From: Sedimentisphaerales bacterium
GTDB taxonomy: Bacteria; Planctomycetota; Phycisphaerae; Sedimentisphaerales; SM23-30
Direction: 5' to 3'
Length of the DNA: 64,000 nucleotides
NCBI GenBank assembly: GCA_963663965.2
Contig: CAXXFK010000025.1
Span: 96,001 to 160,000, forward strand
Under the pieces are notes generated by a model. The model was not told the origin of the DNA. It saw nothing but the letters and a program-made list of their open reading frames with translations, and did not search any database. Below are positions 28,766 to 38,632 of the stretch, piece after piece; within the stretch, counting starts at the first letter, position 1; each line of letters starts with the position of its first letter. The position numbers and the translations under genes are program-made.

Positions 28766-31168
28766 CTATTCTAACGAGCCATTCAGGATGATTTTCTGGT
28801 TGGGATTTGTCTGGAAATGGGCGGTTTGGTTCTGATAGCGGATGGTCAAGGGTTTGCCGTGCAGCGAGATGATTTCGGCTTGCTGTAATTGTCCTTGATC
28901 CCACTGAATAGACACTTCAAATCCGCCCCGGGCGAGCAGACCGGTGACCCGGCCGGCGGGCCAATTGTCGGGCAGGGCGCCGAGCAGTCTCAGGACTGGA
29001 TTACCCTGATCATCGCGTTCATGGCTTTGCAGCAGCATTTCGGCAACACCAGCGGCGCCGCCGAAGTTGCCATCGATCTGAAAGGGCGGGTGTTCATCGA
29101 AGAGGTTGGTATTGGTGCTCTTTTGTAATAACAATTGGAACTGGTTATACGCTTCGTTGCCATTGAGCAGGCGGGCGTAAAAGTTGATCAGCCAGGCGCG
29201 GCTCCAGCCAGTATGCCCACCCCCGTGGGCCAGGCGATAGGCCAGGGTCTTATCAGCTGCGGCAAACAGCTGGGGGGATTTATCCTGGGTGATCTGGGCA
29301 AAGGGATGCAGGCAGATGAGGTGCGAGATATGCCGATGGCCCGGTTCGGCTTCAGGGTATTCCTCCAGCCATTCGAGAATCCGGCCATCGTTGCCGGTTC
29401 GAATGGGAAGCAGTCTGGGCAGGGCCGCCTGGAGTTGTTCGCGCAGCGGCTGATCGACCTTCAGGATTTCGGAGGCTTCGATAGCGGCCTGGAATACTTC
29501 CCTGACAATTGAATTGTGATACGTAGAGCCCAAGGTGATGCGGATAGGTTTGTTATCCTGTGGATTGATAAAGCGGTTTTCGGGCGAGGTTGAAGGGGCC
29601 ATAAGCAGATGGCCGCCGGGCTCGGTAATCAGGATATCCTGAATAAACATGGCCGCGCCTTTGAGGGCCGGCCAGGCCTGCTGTTGGAGGAAGTCATGAT
29701 CCTGGGTGTATTGATAATGTTCCCACAGCGTCAAGACCATCCAGGCCCCGGCCAGTGGGTCCAGGACGCTGTTCTGGAATTGCGAGTCGAGGGTAGAGGC
29801 TGAAGGTGTTGTACGGCCAAATGGATTGGTGGCCAGAAAGGACACCCAGCCATCGGCGTTATAGAGCTTACGGGCAGAGACCCGGCCGCGTTCGGCCAGT
29901 TGCAGGAGCCAGTTAGTCAATGGCTCGGTGACACCCGGGATATTGCACAGGTCGGCCGGCCAGTAATTCATCTGCAGATTGATATTCAAATGGTAGTCGG
30001 CTTCCCAGGGCGCCCACATTTTGTCGTTCCAGAGACCCTGTAGATTAGCCGGGAGGCAACCGGGCGCGCGGGAACTGGACATCAGCAGATAACGCCCGAA
30101 TTGGAAATAGAGGCTCATCAGGCCGGGATCTGACCCACCGGCAATTACGGCTTGCAGCCGTTCATCGGTCGGAATGTGGCGGCGGTCAACGCCATTGAGG
30201 TCGAGCGAGACCCGATCAAAGATGCATTGGTGTTCTTTGAGATGTCGCGCCAACAGGTTATCCCAGTTGTAAGTCTGGGCCCGGTTGATGATGGATTCTG
30301 ACAGAGCGCCGGGATTAATGGACCGGTCAAAGTTCATCAGGGTCAGATTATAATCCGTTTTAGCGGAGAAGAGGATCAATACCTCATTGGCTTGAGCGAT
30401 TTTGAGGGAATCCTCCTGGGAGCTTAACTGTCCTGACTGTGGCAGTATCATAGCCCGGGCCGCGAATTTCATGTGTTTACCGCCGGGGCCGGAGCCGCCG
30501 GGATTGTCATCATAGGCATCGGGCGCGGCGATATCTACGATCTGGCCGTCCATCCGCAGCAAGTTGTTTTGAGCCTGAATCTGGATATCTCTGGCCCGGG
30601 TAAGGCGAACCTGGGCGGAGATCGCGCCGGGTTGGTCAGCGGTGAGGTGGATAGCGAGGATATCATCTACGGCTGAGATCAGTATTTCGCGATGGTAGGT
30701 TATGCCATCGCAACGGTAACTCACCCGCGCGATGCCATCGCGGATATCCAGTTCGCGGCGATATTCCGTGACATTTTTGCCATGGGACATGTCGATAAAC
30801 AGGTCGCCCAGCGGCTGGTAAGACCGAAATGAGGTGGGTTTACCGGTCAGGTGGACGCGACCATATTCCTGAGCTTTGGTCATATCGCCTTCCAGGAGCA
30901 GGCGCTGGACCTCTTTGAGATGGTCGGCATAATTATCCGGGTAAACGTCGACCGGTTCACCGGCCCAGAGGGTTTCTTCGTTGAGTTGGAGGTGTTCTGC
31001 TGGGATACTGCCATAAACCATGGCCCCCAGTCTGCCATTGCCTAAAGCGACAGCTTCGAGCCATTTAGATGCCGGCTGGCGATACCATAATACTGTTTCC
31101 GGTAAGGCTGAAACAGGTATGGTCATCCCTATCAGGAACAGGATCGCAGCTATTATGCGAAATTTCAT
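28766..31168 (-). CDS. Secreted GH95 alpha-L-fucosidase/alpha-L-galactosidase
   Basis: LWYRQPA..W.EA...[42 protein letters not shown] and [10 protein letters not shown]. Confidence 0.95.
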   Translation of the reverse strand: MKFRIIAAILFLIGMTIPVSALPETVLWYRQPASKWLEAVALGNGRLGAMVYGSIPAEHLQLNEETLWAGEPVDVYPDNYADHLKEVQRLLLEGDMTKAQEYGRVHLTGKPTSFRSYQPLGDLFIDMSHGKNVTEYRRELDIRDGIARVSYRCDGITYHREILISAVDDILAIHLTADQPGAISAQVRLTRARDIQIQAQNNLLRMDGQIVDIAAPDAYDDNPGGSGPGGKHMKFAARAMILPQSGQLSSQEDSLKIAQANEVLILFSAKTDYNLTLMNFDRSINPGALSESIINRAQTYNWDNLLARHLKEHQCIFDRVSLDLNGVDRRHIPTDERLQAVIAGGSDPGLMSLYFQFGRYLLMSSSRAPGCLPANLQGLWNDKMWAPWEADYHLNINLQMNYWPADLCNIPGVTEPLTNWLLQLAERGRVSARKLYNADGWVSFLATNPFGRTTPSASTLDSQFQNSVLDPLAGAWMVLTLWEHYQYTQDHDFLQQQAWPALKGAAMFIQDILITEPGGHLLMAPSTSPENRFINPQDNKPIRITLGSTYHNSIVREVFQAAIEASEILKVDQPLREQLQAALPRLLPIRTGNDGRILEWLEEYPEAEPGHRHISHLICLHPFAQITQDKSPQLFAAADKTLAYRLAHGGGHTGWSRAWLINFYARLLNGNEAYNQFQLLLQKSTNTNLFDEHPPFQIDGNFGGAAGVAEMLLQSHERDDQGNPVLRLLGALPDNWPAGRVTGLLARGGFEVSIQWDQGQLQQAEIISLHGKPLTIRYQNQTAHFQTNPNQKIILNGSLE

Positions 31169-31576
31169 GTGGTATAACCTTTCTTATCTGGCCTTGAGAA
31201 TGGTTTGAAATATCAGTACAAACGCATATCGAGCAGATGTTATTTCGCTGATTGACTAAATTCAAGCAGGGGTTATATGAGTTAACCAATTCATTTATAG
31301 ATAATTACCGTTTGAATCGGCGGCTTTCGATGGTTTATTTATTGATATCAATCTGTATAGCGGGATCAGTAAGGTATGGTTCGTAATTTGGTGATATTTA
31401 TTCGCAAAATGGGGATGAGTTGATTTGAAACCATGTTATAATTAAGGTGAAACTTACGGTTCAGAAATTTTATACATTTTGATAAAACGATGGTCAATAT
31501 AGCAAGTCATTAATGCTCTTTTGTTTTGGCTCAGGCAGTGTTTTATTTTTTAAACTTTTTGTGGAGGTTTTGAGTT

Positions 31577-33643
31577 ATGAATACGAGATTGCGATTGTTT
31601 GTCATGTTACTGGTGTTTGGATCGGTTGGTTGGGGAGGAATTTCGGAAGATTTTGATGGGCAGAGTCCGCCCTCAACCAACTCTCCGCCAAGCGGGTGGA
31701 ATTTTATCAAGGTGGAAGACCAGGCGGGTACCTTCTATGAAGCGGTATCTGATCATGGTGGTATTGCCGGGCGGGTAAAATGCGATGTGGTGCATCTAAC
31801 CCAATATCCTCCGGGCTATCTGGTTAATAGTATGGGATTTGACGCAACTCTGGCCATCAAGGGTAGTTATGATTTTATGGTAGAAGATGAAGGCGCCTGG
31901 TCAGATGGCTTGTTTATGATGGGCGATATATTCGATGGGCTGACAGCGGATTTTTATGTGGTTAAATATCAATACAATACCCCATCTACCCCCACAGTGA
32001 TATCGAAAAGTCAGTATGTTGCCGGGCAAAATACCACGATGGCAGTACTGGCCGGCGGTACTGGCCGGGTAATTTTTGGTACCTGGTATAGTTGCGAGTT
32101 TACCTGGGAGCCAATCAGCGGGACCACCGGGGTATTCACGACTAATACGATTCAGTCCAACGGAACCGTACTGGATATCCTATCGGCAACGATTACATTG
32201 CCGGAAACAGCTTATATAGGTTTTAGCAGCGCCAATGACGCGCTTCGAATTGATAATGTTGAAATCGATTACAAACCGGGTGCGATTGCCATTGAACCGG
32301 CTGAACCGGAAAATGTATCACTGGATACATTATTAAAATGGGAATTTGTGCCTGAGGGTTATCCGGTTCTTTATTATGATGTCTGGTTTGGTACGGATCC
32401 CAATCAGATTCCGGGCGAGAGCTGGAAGCAACTGGTTTATCAGGAAAACATCACCGAGGTTGATCCGGCTTCGCCGGAGAGCGCGTGGGGAACGGATCTG
32501 CTAAATGGTGTTACCTATTACTGGCGGGTCGATGCTTACGAGCCGAATACGGTTGGCACCCTGTTGATACCGGGTGAGGTGTGGTCTTTTGCGACGATAC
32601 CGCCGACTCCGATTGTAACCGGCCAACCGGAAGATTTGATGGTAGATCTGGGTGAGGATGCCGTCTTTGCGATAGTTGCGTCTGACGCGACTTCGTATGC
32701 CTGGTATAAGAATGATGTGTTGATTGCCACTGACGATCCGGGCTATCAGGGTGCGGATACCGATACCCTGACGGTACTGGCGGTGGATGGCGATGATGAT
32801 GGCTGGTATCATTGCGTACCGGAAAACAGCGCCGGACCGGCCAATCCTCCTTCGGAAAAAGCGGCCCTGACCGTTAAACGGTTGATGGCGAACTGGAAAT
32901 TCGATCAGGCGACGGACCTGGCCGGTCAATACACTGACTCGGCTGAAGAGCATCATGCCCTGTTGTTGGAGCCGAATACCGCATTGACCTATGTAGCCGG
33001 TGTGGATGGTGACGCGATCCAGATGGACGCCATGAGCATCGCGAACGGTGGCACGTGGGACCCATCGGCGACCAGTAATCAGATTACGGTGAGTTGCTGG
33101 GTGAACTGGACCACTTCGGGCGGTTACCAGGGTATCGTCGGTAAAGCAGATGGATGGACCACTTCGAATCGCTGGTACTGGCGGACGGATCTGGATGTGG
33201 CGAGACTTCGCTGGTTCCGTAACAGCAGCTATGGGCCCGACATTACTTTGACGGTTAATCAGCAGTGGCAGTTTATCTGCATGACCGTTGCTGATGGCGT
33301 GGCGACTGGTTATGTGAACGGCTTGCAGATCGGTACTGCCAATTTCAGTTTTGGCGGCGGTGTGGCTGATCCGATCTGGATTGGCCGGGCTGAAAACCAT
33401 CCGGACCGCTGGTTTAACGGCGCAATAGATGATTTGCGGATTTATAACTACGCGATCGGCCCTGAAGCGGTTATCGAAGAATATAACCGGCTGATTGATC
33501 CGGATATCTCGACGTGTCTGTATCCTGATCAGGTGGGCGCGGGCGATGTCAATGGCGACTGCAAAGTTGACCTGGTTGATTTTGCTTTATTAACCGAAAG
33601 CTGGCTTAATTGCGGAATCTATCCGGTGAGTTTCTGCGAATAA
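31577..33643 (+). CDS. Secreted Ig-like/LamG protein with C-terminal dockerin-like motif
   Basis: GGAGG RBS and signal peptide. YDVWFGTDPN...TYYWRVD module, Ig domain, LamG (FNGAIDDLRIYNYA) and GDVNGDCKVDLVDF...WL. Confidence 0.85.
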   Translation: MNTRLRLFVMLLVFGSVGWGGISEDFDGQSPPSTNSPPSGWNFIKVEDQAGTFYEAVSDHGGIAGRVKCDVVHLTQYPPGYLVNSMGFDATLAIKGSYDFMVEDEGAWSDGLFMMGDIFDGLTADFYVVKYQYNTPSTPTVISKSQYVAGQNTTMAVLAGGTGRVIFGTWYSCEFTWEPISGTTGVFTTNTIQSNGTVLDILSATITLPETAYIGFSSANDALRIDNVEIDYKPGAIAIEPAEPENVSLDTLLKWEFVPEGYPVLYYDVWFGTDPNQIPGESWKQLVYQENITEVDPASPESAWGTDLLNGVTYYWRVDAYEPNTVGTLLIPGEVWSFATIPPTPIVTGQPEDLMVDLGEDAVFAIVASDATSYAWYKNDVLIATDDPGYQGADTDTLTVLAVDGDDDGWYHCVPENSAGPANPPSEKAALTVKRLMANWKFDQATDLAGQYTDSAEEHHALLLEPNTALTYVAGVDGDAIQMDAMSIANGGTWDPSATSNQITVSCWVNWTTSGGYQGIVGKADGWTTSNRWYWRTDLDVARLRWFRNSSYGPDITLTVNQQWQFICMTVADGVATGYVNGLQIGTANFSFGGGVADPIWIGRAENHPDRWFNGAIDDLRIYNYAIGPEAVIEEYNRLIDPDISTCLYPDQVGAGDVNGDCKVDLVDFALLTESWLNCGIYPVSFCE

Positions 33644-33674
33644 GTTGAGTTGAAGGTATTGTAATAGAATGTGC

Positions 33675-33706
33675 GGGGCGGATTGTCTGAATAGGTGATC
33701 CGCCCC
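33675..33706 (+). terminator. Stem-loop downstream of the LamG gene
   Basis: GGGGCGGATTGTCT-GAAT-AGGTGATCCGCCCC, with only a weak U tract. Confidence 0.5.
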
Positions 33707-33815
33707 ATTATGCCAGATGGCATTATGATTAGCCTGTGAAGCATTGTTTTTTTGCTAAAATTCTAGAGAATATAGTGACTTAGTTGAAACGATCTTCTGT
33801 TAATGGAAATCTTTT

Positions 33816-36512
33816 ATGAATAAGAGACTGGTTTTGATCATCCTATCGGGATTGTTATTTGTTTCAGTTAGATCAGGTTTGGCTCAAGCCGCATCTGTAC
33901 TGGTAGAGACCGAAAATTTTGATCAATCAGGAGGCTGGGTTGTCGATCAGCAGTTTATGGATCATATGGGTTCGCCTTTTCTGCTGGCGCATGGTATCAA
34001 CCGCGCGGTGGCCGACGCGAGTACGACGGTGACATTTCCAGAGACGGGCAACTATCGGGTCTGGGTGCGCACGCGAGACTGGACCGGCTACTGGAAAGAG
34101 CCGTTTGTGACGAGCGATTCGCCCAGGTATGCCCAGGGCGCGCCGGGCAAGTTTCTGGTGGGTGTGAACGGTCAGTATCTGGAGACCGTGTTTGGCACCG
34201 AGAATGCCGGCTGGCACTGGCAGGATGGGGGCATGGTTACGATTAATCAGACCGAGGTTACCTTGACGCTGCATGATCTGACCGGATATGAAGGGCGATG
34301 CGACGCAATTTTATTTACAACCGATAGTGAATTAATACCACCTAATGAGGATCCGGCGATGAAAGTCTGGCGGAGGTCATTGCTGGGTATTCCAGAGGTG
34401 CCGGTGGAGGCCGGTCATTATGATCTGGTGGTCATTGGCGGGGGGATGGCCGGGACCTGCGCAGCGATCTCGGCGGCGCGGGAGGGTTTGGCGGTGGCTT
34501 TGATTCAGGACAGGCCGGTACTGGGCGGTAACAATTCTTCGGAGGTTCGGGTGCATCTGGGTGGTACGGTTAATCATGCGCCATATCCGAAGATTGGCGA
34601 TATTGTTAACGAACTGGATTCCGGTAAGAGTGGCAACCGCGGGCCGGCTGAGAATTATGCTGATGATAAAAAACTGGTGATTGTCCGGAAGGAGTCGAAT
34701 ATCGACTTGTTTCTGGAGTATCGTGGAAATGAGGTTGAGATGTCCGGCTCGTCGATTGTGGCTGTGATCGCGGAGAGTACCCGCAACGGACAGCGACTTC
34801 GATTTACCGGCCGGACATTTGCCGATTGTACGGGTGATGGTGTAATTGGCTATCTGGCCGGCGCGGACTGGGAAATGACCGTGACCGATAGCAGCGCCAC
34901 CCGCATGGGGGCGTCGAATTTATGGCGTGTGATCGATACCGGAGCGCCGGTGGCGTTTCCGCATTTGCCTTGGGCGCTGAATCTGTATGGCAAGGCGATT
35001 CCCACCAACGATCTGGGCAACTGGTTCTGGGAGGGCGGTTTTTCGCATGATCCATTCGAGCAAGAGGAATACATCCGTGACTGGAATTTCCGGGCGGTTT
35101 ATGGGGCCTGGGACGCGCTCAAAAATGACCGGAACCTGCATCCCAACAGTCTGATCGAATGGCATGCATATATCGCCGGCAAGCGTGAATCGCGCCGTTT
35201 GCTGGGTGATGTGATTCTGACACGCGACGATTTATTCAATTCGGTGGTTTATCCGGACGGTTGTGTGCCGACGAGCTGGTCGGTGGATCTGCATTATGCC
35301 AACGATACCTATGGCAAGAACAACGGTCTGGCCGGGGATGAATTTATTTCCCGTTATATTCCGACCAACTATCCCCGACCCTACTGGGTGCCGTATCGTT
35401 GTTTATATTCCCGTAATATTGCCAATCTGTTTATGGCGGGCCGCAATATCAGTGTGACGCATGAGGCGCTGGGTACGGTGCGCGTGATGCGCACGACGGG
35501 GATGATGGGCGAGATTGTAGGACTGGCGGCGGCGATTTGTAAGGAGCAGGACTCCACACCGCGCGGTGTGTATACGGATCATCTCAGCGAGCTGAAGCGA
35601 TTGATGGGGCGCGCGGATGAACAGCCTCCGGCAGCACCAGCAGGTTTACGATCACTGTCCGGCGAAGGGAGTGTTTTTCTTGAGTGGAATGCCAATACGG
35701 AATCCGATTTGAATAGTTATACAGTATTTCGTTCGCAAGTATCCGGTGAGGGTTATGTCCAGATAGCCACAGTCGGAACAAATCAATATACGGATACCTC
35801 GGTTGAAAATGGATTGGTATACTATTATGTGGTTGCGGCTGTGGATAGCAGTTTTAATCAATCCGGTTATTCCGAGGAAGTTCGTGGCATGCCGAAATCG
35901 ATTCTGGATAAGATTGGCCGTAATCTGGCTCTGGATGCCGAGATTACGGTTTCAAGTACGTATCTGACGACTTACCCTTCGGTTTATCTTAACGATGGCG
36001 ATGATGGCTTACCTGATTTCGATAATAAGAAACGCTGGCTGAGTTCGGCTTCCAGTATTCCTGATTATGTGACGCTGACCTGGCCGGAACCGCGCTACTT
36101 GAGTGTATGCCGGATAGTATCGGGGTGGAATAACGGCAACGCCACGGTTGATCCGATTTCGGAGTTCGTGCTGCAATATTATGATGGTCAGGCCTGGATC
36201 GATATTCCGAAAACCGAGACAATAGACAATCCCCTGACTGTCTGGACACGAGTATTTCCCGCGGTGCGCAGCGATCAGTTTCGATTAAAGGTGATTACTA
36301 CTCCGGGTAATATTTCCCGGCTCTGGGAGATCGAATTTTATCATCCCCAGGCTGATCTCAATCAGGATGGGGTGGTGAGTTTACCTGATTTGATCCATTT
36401 CCATTCAGGGTGGTTAATGAATTCGGAGTCATTGATTGCGGATCTGGATTTTGATGGGACGATGGTTAATTTTTTGGATTTTAGTATTTTATCGGAGTTC
36501 TGGGGCTGGTAA
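33816..36512 (+). CDS. Secreted FAD-dependent oxidoreductase with Fn3, F5/8-like and dockerin-like domains
   Basis: DLVVIGGGMAG, QDRPVLGGNNSSE, FADCTGDG, GKRESRRLLGD and NLFMAGRNIS. Fn3 (YYYVVAAVD) and paired DLNQDG/DLDFDG motifs. Confidence 0.88.
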   Translation: MNKRLVLIILSGLLFVSVRSGLAQAASVLVETENFDQSGGWVVDQQFMDHMGSPFLLAHGINRAVADASTTVTFPETGNYRVWVRTRDWTGYWKEPFVTSDSPRYAQGAPGKFLVGVNGQYLETVFGTENAGWHWQDGGMVTINQTEVTLTLHDLTGYEGRCDAILFTTDSELIPPNEDPAMKVWRRSLLGIPEVPVEAGHYDLVVIGGGMAGTCAAISAAREGLAVALIQDRPVLGGNNSSEVRVHLGGTVNHAPYPKIGDIVNELDSGKSGNRGPAENYADDKKLVIVRKESNIDLFLEYRGNEVEMSGSSIVAVIAESTRNGQRLRFTGRTFADCTGDGVIGYLAGADWEMTVTDSSATRMGASNLWRVIDTGAPVAFPHLPWALNLYGKAIPTNDLGNWFWEGGFSHDPFEQEEYIRDWNFRAVYGAWDALKNDRNLHPNSLIEWHAYIAGKRESRRLLGDVILTRDDLFNSVVYPDGCVPTSWSVDLHYANDTYGKNNGLAGDEFISRYIPTNYPRPYWVPYRCLYSRNIANLFMAGRNISVTHEALGTVRVMRTTGMMGEIVGLAAAICKEQDSTPRGVYTDHLSELKRLMGRADEQPPAAPAGLRSLSGEGSVFLEWNANTESDLNSYTVFRSQVSGEGYVQIATVGTNQYTDTSVENGLVYYYVVAAVDSSFNQSGYSEEVRGMPKSILDKIGRNLALDAEITVSSTYLTTYPSVYLNDGDDGLPDFDNKKRWLSSASSIPDYVTLTWPEPRYLSVCRIVSGWNNGNATVDPISEFVLQYYDGQAWIDIPKTETIDNPLTVWTRVFPAVRSDQFRLKVITTPGNISRLWEIEFYHPQADLNQDGVVSLPDLIHFHSGWLMNSESLIADLDFDGTMVNFLDFSILSEFWGW

Positions 36513-36645
36513 TACACAATCTTCCTTTTTTTTGTCAGTCGAGAAATATCGTAAATTGAATTTGGAATTTACGAGTTGTATCGATCAGGGTATGATATGC
36601 GGAAAATCGTTTGTATTATCCCGGTCTCTTTTACAGGAAATTAGT

Positions 36646-38616
36646 ATGTCAGATAGAATTTCAAGGATCGTTTTTATCGGGTTTAGTATCTGTTCATTTT
36701 CTTTATCCTTTGGGCAATTGGGCCCCATGCGATTACCGGCCGGGACGGCGGTTCAGCGTGACCTTCCGTATGTGACGAACGGTCATGAGCGCCAGAAGCT
36801 GGATTTGTATTTACCGGCTGAGGGTGAGAATCTGCCTTTGATTATCCATATTCATGGCGGAGCATTCCGGGCGGGCAGCAAAGAGGGAGGGGTGCCGTTA
36901 GCCTACTTGAATAAAGGGTATGCCATCGCTTCGATCAATTATCGCTTGAGTCAGCATGCCATTTTCCCGGCCCAGATTGAAGATTGCAAAGCGGCGGTAC
37001 GCTGGCTGCGGGCTCACGCGGTGGAATACCGGCTGGATCCGGATCGATTTGCCGCATGGGGGCCATCGGCTGGGGGGCATCTGGCGGCCATGCTGGGGAC
37101 TACCGGTGACAGCGGGTTGTTTGAGGTAGGTGAGCATCTGGACCAGTCCAGTGGTGTTCAGGCGGTGGTGGATTACTTTGGTCCGACCGATTTTTTACAG
37201 ATGGATGCCCATCGTCTGCCCAATGGCATGATGCATGATCCGGCTAATTCGCCGGAATCGCAGCTGGTGGGAGGAGCTATCCAGGAGAATAAAGAGAAAA
37301 CAGCCCGGGCTAATCCGATTACTTATATTACGGCCAAGGATCCACCATTTTTGATCTGTCATGGTGACCGGGATCCACTGGTGCCTCATCATCAAAGTGA
37401 ACTGCTGGAGGCCGCGCTGAAAAAAGCCGGTGTGCCGGTGATTTTTTATACAGTCGAAGGGGCGGGCCATGGCTGGTCCAACAGACCCAAAGTGGATGAG
37501 TTGACCAGCCAGTTTCTGGAAGATCATTTGAAATCGGTCAGTAAAGTTCAAAATACAGCGCCAAATCTGGATCTGGGCGCCATGGTACAGCCGGCGCCAG
37601 ATGGCAGCGGTTTCAGGCAGTCGGGCTATTTTGTCTGGGGCGGTTCACCGATTCGGACCGCGGATGGGCGTTGTCATCTGTATTATTCGCGCTGGCCGGT
37701 GGAGAAGGGATTTGCGCCGGGCTGGGCGATATATTCTGAGATCGCCTATGCCGTGGCCGATCAACCGGCCGGACCGTATCGATTTGTTAATGTGGCGTTG
37801 CCGCCTCGTCCGGTGAATCCACAAACCGGGCAGAAATACTGGGATGGCGATGTGACGCATAATCCCTGTGTGTTGCAGAAAGATGGCAGGTTTTACCTGT
37901 TTTACATGGGGAATCAGGGTGATGGGACTTATCCCGGTCATCGTAATAACCAGCGGATTGGGGTGGCGGTGGCGGAGAAGCCGGAAGGTCCGTGGCGACG
38001 ATTTGATCAGCCTGTGGTTGATGTCAGTTCGGATAAGGCTGCGTTTGATTCGTTATGTGTGACCAATCCGGCGGCTGCATTGCGGCCGGATGGCGGCATT
38101 CTGTTGATTTATAAAGCGGTGACTCACGCGGAAGGCAAGGTGATGGGCGGGCAGGTCCGTCATGGTATTGCGGTAGCGGATCAGCCGGAAGGGCCCTATA
38201 CCAAGATGCCGGGGAGGGTATTTGAAACGGAAGAAGAACAGGGCGAACAGTGGATGCTGGCGGAGGATCCTTATGTCTGGTACAGCCACCGGTATGGTGT
38301 GCGGTATTACGCGATCGTACGCGATGTAATTGGTACGTTTTGTGGTCAGAAGGGGGGACTGGCATTGTTTGAATCTTCGGATGGTTTCCAGTGGCGGCCC
38401 GGGGCTTGTCCCAAAGTGCTGGATACCTATTTTCTTTGGGCGGATGGTTCACGCAATGGCAGCCGGGTGGAGCGGCCGGCGCTGTTGTTTGAGAATGAGG
38501 TTCCGGTGTTGCTGTTTGGGGCGACTGATGGCTATCAGCCGCAGGGGCGGATCAGCTTTAATGTCCAGATTCCACTGGACAGTAAAAATGACCTTGCGAA
38601 TCATGGCGGTGGTTGA
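36646..38616 (+). CDS. Fusion of alpha/beta-hydrolase esterase and five-bladed propeller glycosidase (GH43/GH117-like)
   Basis: AGGA before ATG 36646. HGGAF, GPSAGGHLA and HGDRDPLVP...GAGHG, then VWGGSPI...YSRWP, THNP, NPA, EDP and ERP. Confidence 0.82.
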   Translation: MSDRISRIVFIGFSICSFSLSFGQLGPMRLPAGTAVQRDLPYVTNGHERQKLDLYLPAEGENLPLIIHIHGGAFRAGSKEGGVPLAYLNKGYAIASINYRLSQHAIFPAQIEDCKAAVRWLRAHAVEYRLDPDRFAAWGPSAGGHLAAMLGTTGDSGLFEVGEHLDQSSGVQAVVDYFGPTDFLQMDAHRLPNGMMHDPANSPESQLVGGAIQENKEKTARANPITYITAKDPPFLICHGDRDPLVPHHQSELLEAALKKAGVPVIFYTVEGAGHGWSNRPKVDELTSQFLEDHLKSVSKVQNTAPNLDLGAMVQPAPDGSGFRQSGYFVWGGSPIRTADGRCHLYYSRWPVEKGFAPGWAIYSEIAYAVADQPAGPYRFVNVALPPRPVNPQTGQKYWDGDVTHNPCVLQKDGRFYLFYMGNQGDGTYPGHRNNQRIGVAVAEKPEGPWRRFDQPVVDVSSDKAAFDSLCVTNPAAALRPDGGILLIYKAVTHAEGKVMGGQVRHGIAVADQPEGPYTKMPGRVFETEEEQGEQWMLAEDPYVWYSHRYGVRYYAIVRDVIGTFCGQKGGLALFESSDGFQWRPGACPKVLDTYFLWADGSRNGSRVERPALLFENEVPVLLFGATDGYQPQGRISFNVQIPLDSKNDLANHGGG

Positions 38617-38632
38617 GGTCCTTGCGCGGTTC

